A DNA stretch of 64,000 bases from Podarcis filfolensis. Lineage: Eukaryota. Positions 28,501 through 41,800 of the stretch are shown here, piece by piece (positions within the stretch are counted from its first letter, which is position 1; each line of letters opens with the position of its first letter). The notes under the pieces were generated by a model. The model made no database searches, had not been told where the DNA came from, and saw only the letters and a program-made list of their open reading frames with translations. The position numbers and the translations under genes were made by a program. The DNA lies in the NCBI GenBank assembly GCA_964270895.1, contig OZ185439.1; one strand, given 5' to 3'.

Positions 28501-29065
28501 GTCTGCATGTAGAAACTTCTTTTGTGACCACACCGGGAAATAACACACACAGATTGGGTGAACTGGGCCACATTTAATTTAACACTGCAAATCTGCAGAA
28601 GGGAACCAAGGTCAACCTCAGACATCTCCCTCTGTTCTCACAAAGGGAGATCTGATTATTTCTGTGGCCCACAGGACGTTTCCCCCAAGGGGCACAGGGT
28701 TGCTGGCTTCATTGGGTAAAAATACTGATGAATATTAACAGATAATAATGACATGCCTATTTCTTACCAATGCATATCAATGTTTCTCTTTGTGAACAGC
28801 TCCTTCTACACTTCCTGGTGAGTCCTACTTTTTCTATTCCAAGTCTGAATCTTTCTCAATAGGCATGAAGTATGAAAGATACATAGTGTGAAATCAATTA
28901 AGAATTGGGGGGGGGGGGAGCTCTTAGGTGTAGTTGCTAGTACATATTTGAAAGTCTGAAAGTATTAGTGATATATGTTCCAAAGGTAACTGAGTCATTA
29001 TTTCAAAACAAGGAAGAAATTGAACTGACTTTTGAAAAACAGTTTGGAAAATTGAATGGAAATTG

Positions 29066-29113
<48 letters not shown>

Positions 29114-32100
29114 AACTGGAAGCAATAGGTATTTTGTACTGAGCTGTATTAGGCAAGGCATAGCAACCTGGCTTTCGGTTACAACTTTGTTCCCCATTTC
29201 TTTTCTTCTAGGAACAAACTACCATCAGCTTTTTAGAAATCTTCCATTTCTATCCTGATGCAGTAGTGCTGAGGCTAGATGCTTCTTGGGTTTGGTGGTC
29301 CACTAAAATATATCCAGTGTTAGTTATACTGAGTAGTATACCTTCAGGCCCTTACTACAAGGATGGCCACTTGTGCCACAGATACTTTCCCCAAAGATTC
29401 TTGGGAATTTTAGCTTGTTAAGGGTGTGGAGAGTTGTTAGGAGGCATCACAACACAGGGTCGGTGCTCTCCTATTGTGCTTGTGGTCCCGTCGTCTTCGA
29501 GCTCTTCAGAAAACCCCCCCGAAAAAACGGCCAGACCACTTCTGCGCTGCTGGTTAGCCATCCCTCAAGGGTACCCCCTTGAGATTTTTGGGGGGCGCAG
29601 TGCCTTTGCGACTCCCACAAGCCCCTGTGTTGTTCGAAAATCCCCGACGAGACTTTCCACGCTCCCTTTCTGTCTGCGATGGAAACTGGAAGTCCAATCT
29701 AAATCTAAATCTTTATTGTTATACTTTGTCCAAAAAGGGTATGAATTAGAGAGAAGCAAGTCTTCAACTGAATAATCAGACATTCAGTTGCAAATCTGTT
29801 GCCTTCTCTCTGTGTTCATGCAGTTAAGAATAATGAATACCCAGTGAAGAGGGCCCTCTTGAAATAGAAAACATCTCTGATCACAACTTGTTATGGTGTA
29901 AAAACACTGCAATCTCTGTTAACTGAAGGGCTTTACAGGCATTTGGACTTATGTCCACCGCCTTTCTCTTCTTCAAGGGAAGACAGAGGCAGCAGGGGTG
30001 ATTTGCGAATAGCCCTTCCCTCAGGCTGTAGCAGGAGCAATGCAAAACAGGGCACCTCAGTCCCAATCTCTCTAGGCCAGCGATGGGACGCCTTTGGTTC
30101 TTCACTTAAAAGTCCTTGACTTATAAATAAATAAATTACTTTTCTGTTCTTCTGTATCTCTTCACTACATTTGCATGCAGAATTCAAGTATAAGATATAA
30201 TTTTAACTCTTTTGTGTAACAAGTAGTTCATTTTTTAAAATGAACATAGTAGAATGTGGATATTTAAATTTGCTGACCAATGTTCATCTTTCTTTAGCAA
30301 CAACTCTTCCTCCAGAAACCACTAGTGAGTACCTACCTTTTTGCATGTAATTTTGCCACAGTGAACAGCCAAGGGAATAATGTGGTATCGGGCAGAAGAT
30401 ACAGCATGGAATTAAAATGCAGTGCCTTCTTACATCCCTTATAACAATGGCATCTCAGGACCATCTGAGTACAATCGTGGTTGATGCTCTTTGGTGCTGA
30501 AAGAATGCGAAGCAGGAAGACCAACAGCAGATGGAGCCAGAGCACAGTCATCTAGGCAGCTTCCTAGTTGTCCCCATTCTCCTCCTTGCTCAGCTGTACA
30601 AAGCCAACACTGAGAAGGAGGAGGAAACTGACCAGCAGTGCCACCTCCTGGACTTGCACATAGGATGGTGGGCAGGCAGGCAGGGGGTGCGGCTGACAGC
30701 AGAATGAGGTTGGTGGGGCAGTGCCCCATTTGCTTTCACAAATCAGCCTGACCCAAAGGTAGATTAATATTTGTTTTGACACAAAGTAGAAACAGAATAG
30801 GCTTTAAGCCTTTGAAAAATTGCATATGCAAACACACACACAACTGAAAGCATGGTCATCTTGCACTGGGATGTAAAGTTAACATTTTTGTTCCTTGCTT
30901 TCTTTGTTCTCTGAACAAATGATCATCGCCTTCTGAGAAATCCTATATTTCCAGCCCCCTGAATTGGGTGTTCCCAATGTGCCTAGGTGAAATTTTAGTC
31001 CTAGATGCCCGGGGTCTGAGGGAAGATCTAAAATGCAGTGCTAATGTTGCTATAGAGGAGATTATCTCTACAATACCTTGCGCATAATGACAACGGAGCC
31101 TGGCTCTACAAAATGTTCTGTCTGTGTTCTTCAGCGCCCTTTCAGTGTGGTGGCATCCTCTCGGAACCATATGGATATATCTATGGCCCTGATTATCCTG
31201 GAAATGGCAGGCTGGTGCAGTGTGCCTGGGAAATTAAAGCTCCAATGTTTTACAATAGAGTTGTTTTACAGTTTAAAACAGTTGGTCGGAAGTAAGTATT
31301 TGCATTATCGTAGTCCTTTCTGTACATTTGACTGATTAATTTCTAAATCTGTTTTTGCAACCAGTAAAATGCTCCTAAACAACATGGAGTTTTGTGCCAT
31401 CTTAAAGACCGACACATTTAAAGACAAACAGCATTTAATATTCTTTAGTCTTTAACGGCCTTTGGGCAAGACCTTTTACACAGAACCTTCATTGTTTTTT
31501 GCTGCAGCAGCCTTACATGGCTTCCCCTGTGGATATGGTTAAAAATGTTTGAGTCCAAGATAATTTTTGATGTCTAGAACAATCAAGTGAGGTAGCCAGA
31601 ATCACCCAGGACCAGATACGGTCGTACCTTGGAAGTCGAACGGAATCCATTCCAGAAGTCCGTTTGACTTCCAAAACGTTCGAAAACCAAAGCGTGGCTT
31701 CTGATTTGAATTCATGGAAGCCCTATCGGACATTTGGCTTCCAAAAATAGTTCACAAACTGGAATAGTCACTTCTGGGTTTGATACTACCAGGAGACAAA
31801 ACATTCGGTAACTAAACTGTTCCACTTCTAAGGTATGATTGTACATAAGAAGGCAACGGGCAAGATACAATTCAGAGTTTTTCAATCCAGTCCCATATAC
31901 GTATATACGTGATATAGTTCACACAAATGCCTACAATGAGCCCCAGTGAATAAGGGAATATTGAATGGAGAATAGAGGGGGAGAATGGAATGCCTCTCTC
32001 ACACACATCCAGGGCTTTTAATTACTGTGAAGAATATGTATTACTTAGTATTTTTGTTTTTATAATACTTATTCTGTGACATATAATATACATTGCATTA

Positions 32101-33294
32101 CATGTACTCAACAACTTGAATCTAATTAGATAGTATTCATCACAGCTTGGTAACTTAAAGCTTTCTCCCAATGCCTGTCTACATCCATATAACTTAGAAA
32201 ACATTGCTAAAATCTGACTGTAAATGTGAGGCTGACCCCATATTTTTTCAAATACTCAGATTTATGGAGAATGATTGAGTGTATTTCCAATATTTGGTAA
32301 TCAATTTTTTGCCAGTCTCTCAGCATAATCCAACATGCCATGTCTTGAGGAATTGCTAGTTGCGAGGAATAAAAATAGAGTTTTTACGTGGCTCCATTAA
32401 TATGAATAATAAATTTCTAAATTTGCATCTACAGTATGAACTGCCGCACAGACTATATTGCCGTCTATGATGGTGGCCTGGGCTCATCAAGACAACTTGG
32501 AAGAATTTGCTTGGCTACCCGTCATGTATTTATATCCACTTCAGACACAATGACTGTTGTGTTGTACAGAAATTCCTTTAATGCAGGACCATCATTTACT
32601 GCTTATTACTATACTACGCCACAAGGTAAAATGTGATTTTTAAAGTCACCTATTAATCAACAAATATATTCAATCTGCTGCTTTCATGAAGGGATCCTTA
32701 TGCTTCTTTAAAAATTGCATAAGAATATATAAAAAGAGTCCTGGCTAATAAGACTGAATATCCTCGTAGCCCATCATTTTGGGAAGTCCAGAAACAGGAC
32801 TTCAAACCTGTTGCATTTACTGGGTCTGTTCACACGACGGTTTATTGTGGACCTGTGCTCACACATGCATGTTTTGCACAGCATCTACATGGCACAGTCC
32901 TCGTCAAAATGCAGTCCCATATTATTTTCCTAATTAATCCGGATTGGGTGGGTGTGGAACTGGTAAATGGTAAATGTGATAACGCTAAATGTGTACTAAA
33001 TGGTAAAAAAATATGAAACGGCATGTTGATAAGGACATCAGGGCTGGTTTGGGAGGTGACTGGGATGGCACTGGATTCTTATGGTTGGGAAGGAGCTGAA
33101 TGTTCCCTAGTGTGGGTAAATGTTGCTTGAGTAAAGAAGCTTCTGCACCCTGGTCTGCCAGTTTTTCGGCCTTTTGATTTCATTTGGCCAAGTACTGGGG
33201 ACACTTCTGTGGCAGTGAAGTAGAGGGATTCATCACTTGATCTCTCTCTCCAACCCCTCTTTCCACCCTTGGAGAGGGAGATCCAATGCCATCA

Positions 33295-33341
<47 letters not shown>

Positions 33342-35769
33342 TATTATATTTCTTTATTATTATTTATACCTCGCCCATCTGGCTGGGTTTCCCCAGCCAC
33401 CCTGGGCAGTTTCCAAAAAAAGATTAAAAATACATTAAACTTCCCTAAACAGGGCTGCCTTCAGATGTCTTCTAAACATCAGATAGTTGTTTATTTCCTT
33501 GACATCCGATGGGAGGGCGTTCCACAGGGTGAGCGCCACTACCAAGAAGACTCTCTGCCTGGTTCCCTGTAACTTGGCTTCTCGCAGTGAGGGAACCGCC
33601 AGAAGGCCCTCGGTGCTGGACCTCAGTGTCCGGGTAGAACGATGGGGGTGGAGACGCTCCTTCAAATATACTGGACCGAGGCCGTTTAGGGCTTTAAAGG
33701 TCAACACCAACACTTTGAGTTGTGCTCAGAAACGTACTGAGAGCCAATGTAGGTCTTTCAAGACCGGTGTTATGTGGTCTCAGCGGCCGCTCCCAGCCAC
33801 CAGTCTAGCCTTACTCCCTTACTACCAGAGGGTCTTACTGCCCCAGGGGACTATAGGCTTGAAGGACAAGAGTACATATTGGATTTATATTCCCTTCTTT
33901 TATTTGTCTTCTCATTCCCCAACAATTCACCTTTCATTCATTCATAAGTAAATACTATATGTTAGATCATCTAATGGTCAAACAAAATTCACTGCCACAA
34001 AAATGGGGTTTCAATGTAATATAGTTCTTAATAATTTTTATTCCTTTCTTTTGCAAGAAACAACCACAGAACACATCTTGCAAGAAACAACTACAGAACA
34101 CATTTTGCAAGAAACAACCACAGAACACATTGATCCTAGTAAGAAGAATCTGCTAGCTATTTAAAAGCATTAGTACAATATACAGTTTTGATTTCATTTT
34201 ACTGCACCATTTTCCTCTTACTCTGTTACTTTGTTTCTCTTCACGAACTAGCTTCTGTCACCCCGGAAGCAACTACAGAAGCAACTACTGCTGCTGGTAA
34301 GAGTCCTCTGACTCCCATACTAAAGTACTAAATCCTAATCCTGAGTATGTACACACAAATATCATAGAAGAGGTTTCTCATGCAGAGCATCTGCTAACGA
34401 GACACCTGAAAATTAGGTGGTGTGTATATTTTAAAGAGCCTGATCTGTTGATGGCAATCACAGACTGTCTGGAGAAGCAAGCACAAATCTCTTCCAGAGA
34501 TTTCCTTGACTTCTATTTCATTTGTATCCCATTGTCTATGACTCTGTTCCTCAAGTCTGGTCTTGAAACAAGCATAGTCACATCCACCTTGCTGAAACAT
34601 CCTCCTTGAATATTTGCTGAAATATTCTCCTTGAATATGGGGCTAAGGTGTCATGCGAATAATTTATGTTAATGTGGTAGATGTTGGAGTCGCCTATGCA
34701 GAGGTTATTCAGTTCCTCTTAGTACCTGACTTCTAATCATTAGATTGTGGTGACTGTTGTTGCTATGACACACTCAAAGCTTAGGAACTGAAGTCTCTGC
34801 ATAAGACTCAGCTGGCATGTACGGTAAGTGTAATTAGTGGAGCAACTTTTCCAACCAGAAACCACAGAACCTCTACCAATGACAAGACTGAATCTTTCTC
34901 TCAATAGGCAGGAAGTATGAAAGATACCTAGTAGAAATTCCATTCAGAATAGGGGGAAAGAGCTCTTAGGTGTGGTTGCTAGTACATATTTGAAAGTCTG
35001 AAAGTATTAGTGAGACATGTTCCAAAGGTAACTGAGTCAATATTTCAAAACAAGGAAGAAACTGAACCAACTTTTGAAAAAGAGTTTGGAAAATTGAATG
35101 GAAATTGTGTGTGTGTGTGTAACTGGAAGCAATAGGTATCTTGTACTGAGCTGTATTTGAAAGCATGCCCAGTGCAAGGAGATAAATAGGTACCACTCCG
35201 GCGGCAAGGTAAACGGCGTTTCCGAGCGCTGCTCTGGTTCACCAGAAGCGGCTTAATCATGCTGGCCACATGACCCGGAAGCTGTCTGCAGACAAACACC
35301 AGCTCCCTTAGCCTACAGAGTGAGATGAGGGAGCAAACCAGGAGTCGTCCACGACTGGACCTAATGGTCAGGGGTACCTTTGCCTTTTACTGAGCTGTAT
35401 TAGGCATGGCATAGCAACCTGGATGTGGGTTACAGCTTTATTCCCCATTTCCTTTCTTCGAGGGACAAACTACCATCACCTTTTTAGAAATCTTCCATTT
35501 CTATCCTGATGCAGTAGTGCTGAGGCTAGATGCTTCTTGGGTTTGGTGGTCCACTGAAAAATATCCAGTGTTAGTTACACTGAGTAGTAAACCTTCAGGC
35601 CCTTACTACAAGGATTGCGTATTGTGCCACAGATCCTTTCCCCAAAGATTCTTGAAAAGGTAACTGAGTCATTATTTCAAAACAAGGAAGAAATTGAACC
35701 AACTTTTGAAAAAGAGTTTGGAAAATTGAATAGAAATTTTATTTGTCTGTGTTTGTGTTTGTGTTTGTT

Positions 35770-35811
<42 letters not shown>

Positions 35812-38800
35812 TCTGTAAGTAACTGGAAGCAATAGATATCTTGTAGTGAGTTGTATTAGGCAAGGCATAGCAACCTGGCTTTCGGTTACAACTTTGTTCC
35901 CCATTTCTTTTCTTCTAGGAACAAACTACCATCAGCTTTTTAGAAATCTTCCATTTCTATCCTGATGCAGTAGTGCTGAGGCTAGATGCTTCTTGGGTTT
36001 GGTGGTCCACTAAAATATATCCAGTGTTAGTTATACTGAGTAGTATACCTTCAGGCCCTTACTACAAGGATTGCCACTTGTTCCACAGATCTTTTCCCCA
36101 AAGATTCTTGGGAATTTTAGCTTGTTAAGGGTGTGGAGAATTGTTAGGAGGCCCTCATCACCCTCTCAAAGCTACAGTTGTCAGAGTTCCATGGAGAGAA
36201 GGTCTGGTTGTTCAATGTTTGACTTAATATTAACACATTCTACCACAATCTGATTGATTCTGTTCTTTCTTACTAGTTCTATCCACAACTGGAGAACCCA
36301 CCATTATAGTCACACAGTGTAAGTCTGCATGTAGAAACCTCTTTTGTGACCACACAGGGAAATAAGACACACAGATTGGGTGAACTGAGCCACATTTAAT
36401 TTAACACTGCAAATCTGCAGAAGGGAACCAAGGTCAACCTCAGACATCTCCCTCTGCTCTCATGTAGGGAGATCTGATTATTTCTGTGGCCCACAGGACG
36501 TTTCCCCCAAGGGGCACAGGGTTGCTGGCTTCATTGGGTAAAAATACTGATGAATATTAACAGATAATAATGACATGCCTATTTCTTACCAATGCATATC
36601 AATGTTTCTCTTTCTTTGTGAACAGCTCCTTCTACACCTCCTGGTGAGTCCTACTTTTTCTATTCCAAGTCTGAATCTTTCTCAATAGGCATGAAGTATG
36701 AAAGATACATAGTGTGAAATCAATTAAGAATTTGGGGGGGGGGGAGCTCTTAGGTGTGGTTGCTAGTACATATTTGAAAGTCTGAAAGTATTAGTGATAT
36801 ATGTTCCAAAGGTAACTGAGTCATTATTTCAAAACTAGGAAGAAATTGAACCGACTTTTGAAAAACAGTTTGGAAAATTGAATGGAAATTGTGTGTTTGT
36901 GTGTGTGTGTGTAAGAAACTGGAAGCAATAGGTATTTTGTACTGAGCTGTATTAGGCACGGCATAGCAACCTGGCTTTCGGTTACAACTTTGTTCCCCAT
37001 TTCTTTTCTTCTAGGAACAAACTACCATCAGCTTTTTAGAAATCTTCCATTTCTATCCTGATGCAGTAGTGCTGAGGCTAGATGCTTCTTGGGTTTGGTG
37101 GTCCACTAAAATATATCCAGTGTTAGTTATACTGAGTAGTATACCTTCAGGCCCTTACTACAAGGATGGCCACTTGTGCCACAGATCCTTTCCCCAAAGA
37201 TTCTTGGGAATTTTAGCTTGTTAAGGGTGTGGAGAGTTGTTAGGAGGCATCGCAACACAGGGTCGGTGCTCTCCTATTGCGCTTGTGATCCTGTCGTCTT
37301 CGAGCTCTTCAGAAAAAACCCCCCGAAAAAACGGCCAGACCACTTCTGCGCTGCCGGTTAGCCATCCCTCAAGGGTACCCCCTTGAGATTTTTGGGGGGC
37401 GCAGTGCCTTTGCGACTCCCACAAGCCCCTGTGTTGTTCGAAAATCCCCGACGAGACTTTCCACGCTCCCTTTTTGTCCGCGACGGAAACTGGAAGTCCA
37501 ATCTAAATCTAAATCTTAATTGTTATACTTTGTACAAAAAGGGTATGAATTAGAGAGAAGCAAGTCTTCAACTGAATAATCAGACATTCAGTTGCAAATC
37601 TGTTGCCTTCTCTCTGTGTTCATGCAGTTAAGAATAATGAATACGCAGTGAAGAGGGCCCTCTTGAAATAGAAAACATCTCTGATCACAATTTGTTATGG
37701 TGTAAAAACACTGCTATCTCTGTTAACTGAAGGGCTTTACAGGCATTTGGACTTATGTCCATCGCCTTTCTCTTCTGCAAGGGAAAACAGAGGCAGCAGG
37801 GGTGATTTGAGAATAGCCCTCCCCTCAGGCAGTAGCAGGAGCAATGCAAAACAGGGCACCTCAGTCCCAATCTCTCTAGGCCAGCGATGGGACGCCCTTG
37901 GTTCTTCACTTAAAAGTCCTTGACTTATAAATAAATAAATTACTTTTCTGTTCTTCTGTATCTCTTCACTACATTTGCATGCAAAATTCAAGTATAAGAT
38001 ATAATTTTAACTCTTTTGTGTAACAAGTAGTTCATTTTTTAAAATGAACATAGTAGAATGTGGATATTTAAATTTGCTGACCAATGTTCATCTTTCTTTA
38101 GCAACAACTCTTCCTCCAGAAACCACTAGTGAGTACCTACCTTTTTGCATGTAATTTTGCCACAGTGAACAGCCAAGGGAATAATGTGGTATTGGGCAGA
38201 AGATACAGCATGGAATTAAATTGCAGTGCCTTCTTACATCCCTTATAATAATGGCATCTCAGGACCATCTGAGTACAATTGTGGTTGATGCTCTTTGGTG
38301 CTGAAAGAACGCGAAGCAGGAAGACCAACAGCAGATGGAGCCAGAGCACAGTCATCTAGGCAGCTTCCTAGTTGTCCCCATTCTCCTCCTTGCTCAGCTG
38401 TACAAAGCCAACACTGAGAAGGAGGAGGAAACTGACTAGCAGTGCCACCTCCTGGACTTGCACATAGGATGGTGGGCAGGCAGGCAGGGGGTGCAGCTGA
38501 CAGCAGAATGAGGTTGGTGGGGCAGTGCCCCATTTGCTTTCACAAATCAGCCTGACCCAAAGGTAGATTAATATTTGTTTTGACACAAAGTAGAAACAGA
38601 ATAGGCTTTAAGCCTTTGAAAAATTGCATATGCAAACACACAAACAACTGAAAGCATGGTCACCTTGCACTGGGATGTAAAGTTAACATTTTTGTTCCTT
38701 GCTTTCTGATCATCGCCTTCTGAGAAATCCTATATTTCCAGCCCCCTGAATTGGGTGTTCCCAATGTGCCTAGGTGAAATTTTAGTCCTAGATGCCTGGG

Positions 38801-41800
38801 GTCTGAGGGAAGAGCTAAAATGCAGTGCTAATGTTGCTGTAGAGGAGATTATCTCTACCATACCGTGCGTATAATTACAATTGAGCCTGGCTCTACAAAA
38901 TGTTCTGTCTGTGTTCTTCAGCGCCCTTTCAGTGTGGTGGCATCCTCTCGGAACCTTTGGATATATCCATGGCCCTTTTTTAAAATGAACATAGTACAAT
39001 GTGGATATTTAAATTTGCTGACCAATGTTCATCTTTCTTTAGCAACAACTCTTCCTCCAGAAACCACTAGTGAGTACCTATCTTTTTCCATGTACCGGTA
39101 ATTTTGCCACAGTGAACAGCAAAAGGAATAATGTAGTTTCGGGCAGAAGATACAGCATGGAATTAAAACGCAGTGCCTTCTTACATCCTTTATAATAATG
39201 GCATCTCAGGACCATCTGAGCAAGTGTGGTGTAGTGGTTAAGAGCGGTGGACTCGTAATATGGTGAACCGGGTTCGCGTCTCCACTCTTCCACATGCAGC
39301 TGCTGGGTGACCTTGGGCTAGTCACACTTCTTTGAAGTCTCTTAGCCCCACTCACCTCACAGAGTGTTTGTTGTGATGAAGGAAGGGAAAGGAGAATGTT
39401 AGCTGCTTTGAGACTCCTTTGGGGAGTGATAAAGCGGGATATCAAATCCAAATCCAGAAGCGGCTTAATCATGCTGGCCACATGACCCGGAAGCTGTCTG
39501 CAGACAAACACCAGCTCCCTTAGGCTACAGAGTGAGATGAGCACGCAAACCAGGAGTCGTCCACGACTGGACCTAATGGTCAGGGGTACCTTTGCCTTTT
39601 GCTGAGCTGTATTAGGCATGGCATAGCAACCTGGATTTGGGTTACAGCTTTATTCCCCATTTCCTTTCTTCGAGGGACAAACTACCATCAGCTTTTTAGA
39701 AATCTTCCATTTCTATCCTGATGCAGTAGTGCTGAGGCTAGATGCTTCTTGGGTTTGGTGGTCCACTAAAATATATCCAGTGTTAGTTATACTGAGTAGT
39801 ATACCTTCAGGCCCTTACTACAAGGATGGCCACTTGTTCCACAGATACTTTCCCCAATGATTCTTGGGAATTTTGGCTTGTTAAGGGTGTGGAGAATTGT
39901 TAGGAGACCCTCATCGCCCTCTCAAAGATACAGTTGTCAGAGTTCCATGGAGAGAAGGTCTGGTTGTTCAATGTTTGGCTTAATATCAACACATTCTACC
40001 ACAATCTGATCGATTCTGTTCTTTTTTACTAGTTCTATCCACAACTGGAGAACCGACCACTATAGTCACACAGTGTAAGTCTGAATGTAGAAACTTCTTT
40101 TGTGACCACACAGGGAAATAAGACACACAGATTGGGTGAACTGAGCCACATTTCATTTAACACTGCAAATCTGCAGAAGGGAACCAAGGTCAACCTCAGA
40201 CATCTCCCTCTGCTCTCATGGAGGGAGATCTCATTATTTCTGTGGCCCACAGGACGTTTCCCCCAAGGGGCACAGGGTTGCTGGGTTCATTGGGTAAAAA
40301 TACTGATGAATATTAATAGATAATAATGACATGCCTATTTCTTACCAATGCATATCAATGTTTCTCTTTCTTTGTGAACAGCTCCTTCTACACCTCCTGG
40401 TGAGTCCTACTTTTTTTATTCCAAGTCTGAATCTTTCTCAATAGGCATGAAGTATGAAAGATACATAGTGTGGAATCAATTAAGAATTTGGGGGGGGGGA
40501 GCTCTTAGGTGTGGTTGCTAGTACATATTTGAAAGTCTGAAAGTATTAGTGATATATGTTCCAAAGGTAACTGAGTCATTATTTCAAAACTAGGAAGAAA
40601 TTGAACCGACTTTTGAAAAACAGTTTGGAAAATTGAATGGAAATTGTGTGTTTGTGTGTGTGTGTGTAAGAAACTGGAAGCAATAGGTATTTTGTACTGA
40701 GCTGTATTAGGCACGGCATAGCAACCTGGCTTTCGGTTACAACTTTGTTCCCCATTTCTTTTCTTCTAGGAACAAACTACCATCAGCTTTTTAGAAATCT
40801 TCCATTTCTATCCTGATGCAGTAGTGCTGAGGCTAGATGCTTCTTGGGTTTGGTGGTCCACTAAAATATATCCAGTGTTAGTTATACTGAGTAGTATACC
40901 TTCAGGCCCTTACTACAAGGATGGCCACTTGTGCCACAGATCCTTTCCCCAAAGATTCTTGGGAATTTTAGCTTGTTAAGGGTGTGGAGAGTTGTTAGGA
41001 GGCATCGCAACACAGGGTCGGTGCTCTCCTATTGCGCTTGTGATCCTGTCGTCTTCGAGCTCTTCAGAAAAAACCCCCCGAAAAAACGGCCAGACCACTT
41101 CTGCGCTGCCGGTTAGCCATCCCTCAAGGGTACCCCCTTGAGATTTTTGGGGGGCGCAGTGCCTTTGCGACTCCCACAAGCCCCTGTGTTGTTCGAAAAT
41201 CCCCGACGAGACTTTCCACGCTCCCTTTTTGTCCGCGACGGAAACTGGAAGTCCAATCTAAATCTAAATCTTAATTGTTATACTTTGTACAAAAAGGGTA
41301 TGAATTAGAGAGAAGCAAGTCTTCAACTGAATAATCAGACATTCAGTTGCAAATCTGTTGCCTTCTCTCTGTGTTCATGCAGTTAAGAATAATGAATACG
41401 CAGTGAAGAGGGCCCTCTTGAAATAGAAAACATCTCTGATCACAATTTGTTATGGTGTAAAAACACTGCTATCTCTGTTAACTGAAGGGCTTTACAGGCA
41501 TTTGGACTTATGTCCATCGCCTTTCTCTTCTGCAAGGGAAAACAGAGGCAGCAGGGGTGATTTGAGAATAGCCCTCCCCTCAGGCAGTAGCAGGAGCAAT
41601 GCAAAACAGGGCACCTCAGTCCCAATCTCTCTAGGCCAGCGATGGGACGCCCTTGGTTCTTCACTTAAAAGTCCTTGACTTATAAATAAATAAATTACTT
41701 TTCTGTTCTTCTGTATCTCTTCACTACATTTGCATGCAAAATTCAAGTATAAGATATAATTTTAACTCTTTTGTGTAACAAGTAGTTCATTTTTTAAAAT

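Noticed and set aside
29211-29270. Strong acceptor ttcttctag|gaacaaactacc repeated in every module B
   Set aside because: Phase-1 reading reaches TGA and no good donor follows; at most a decayed exon.
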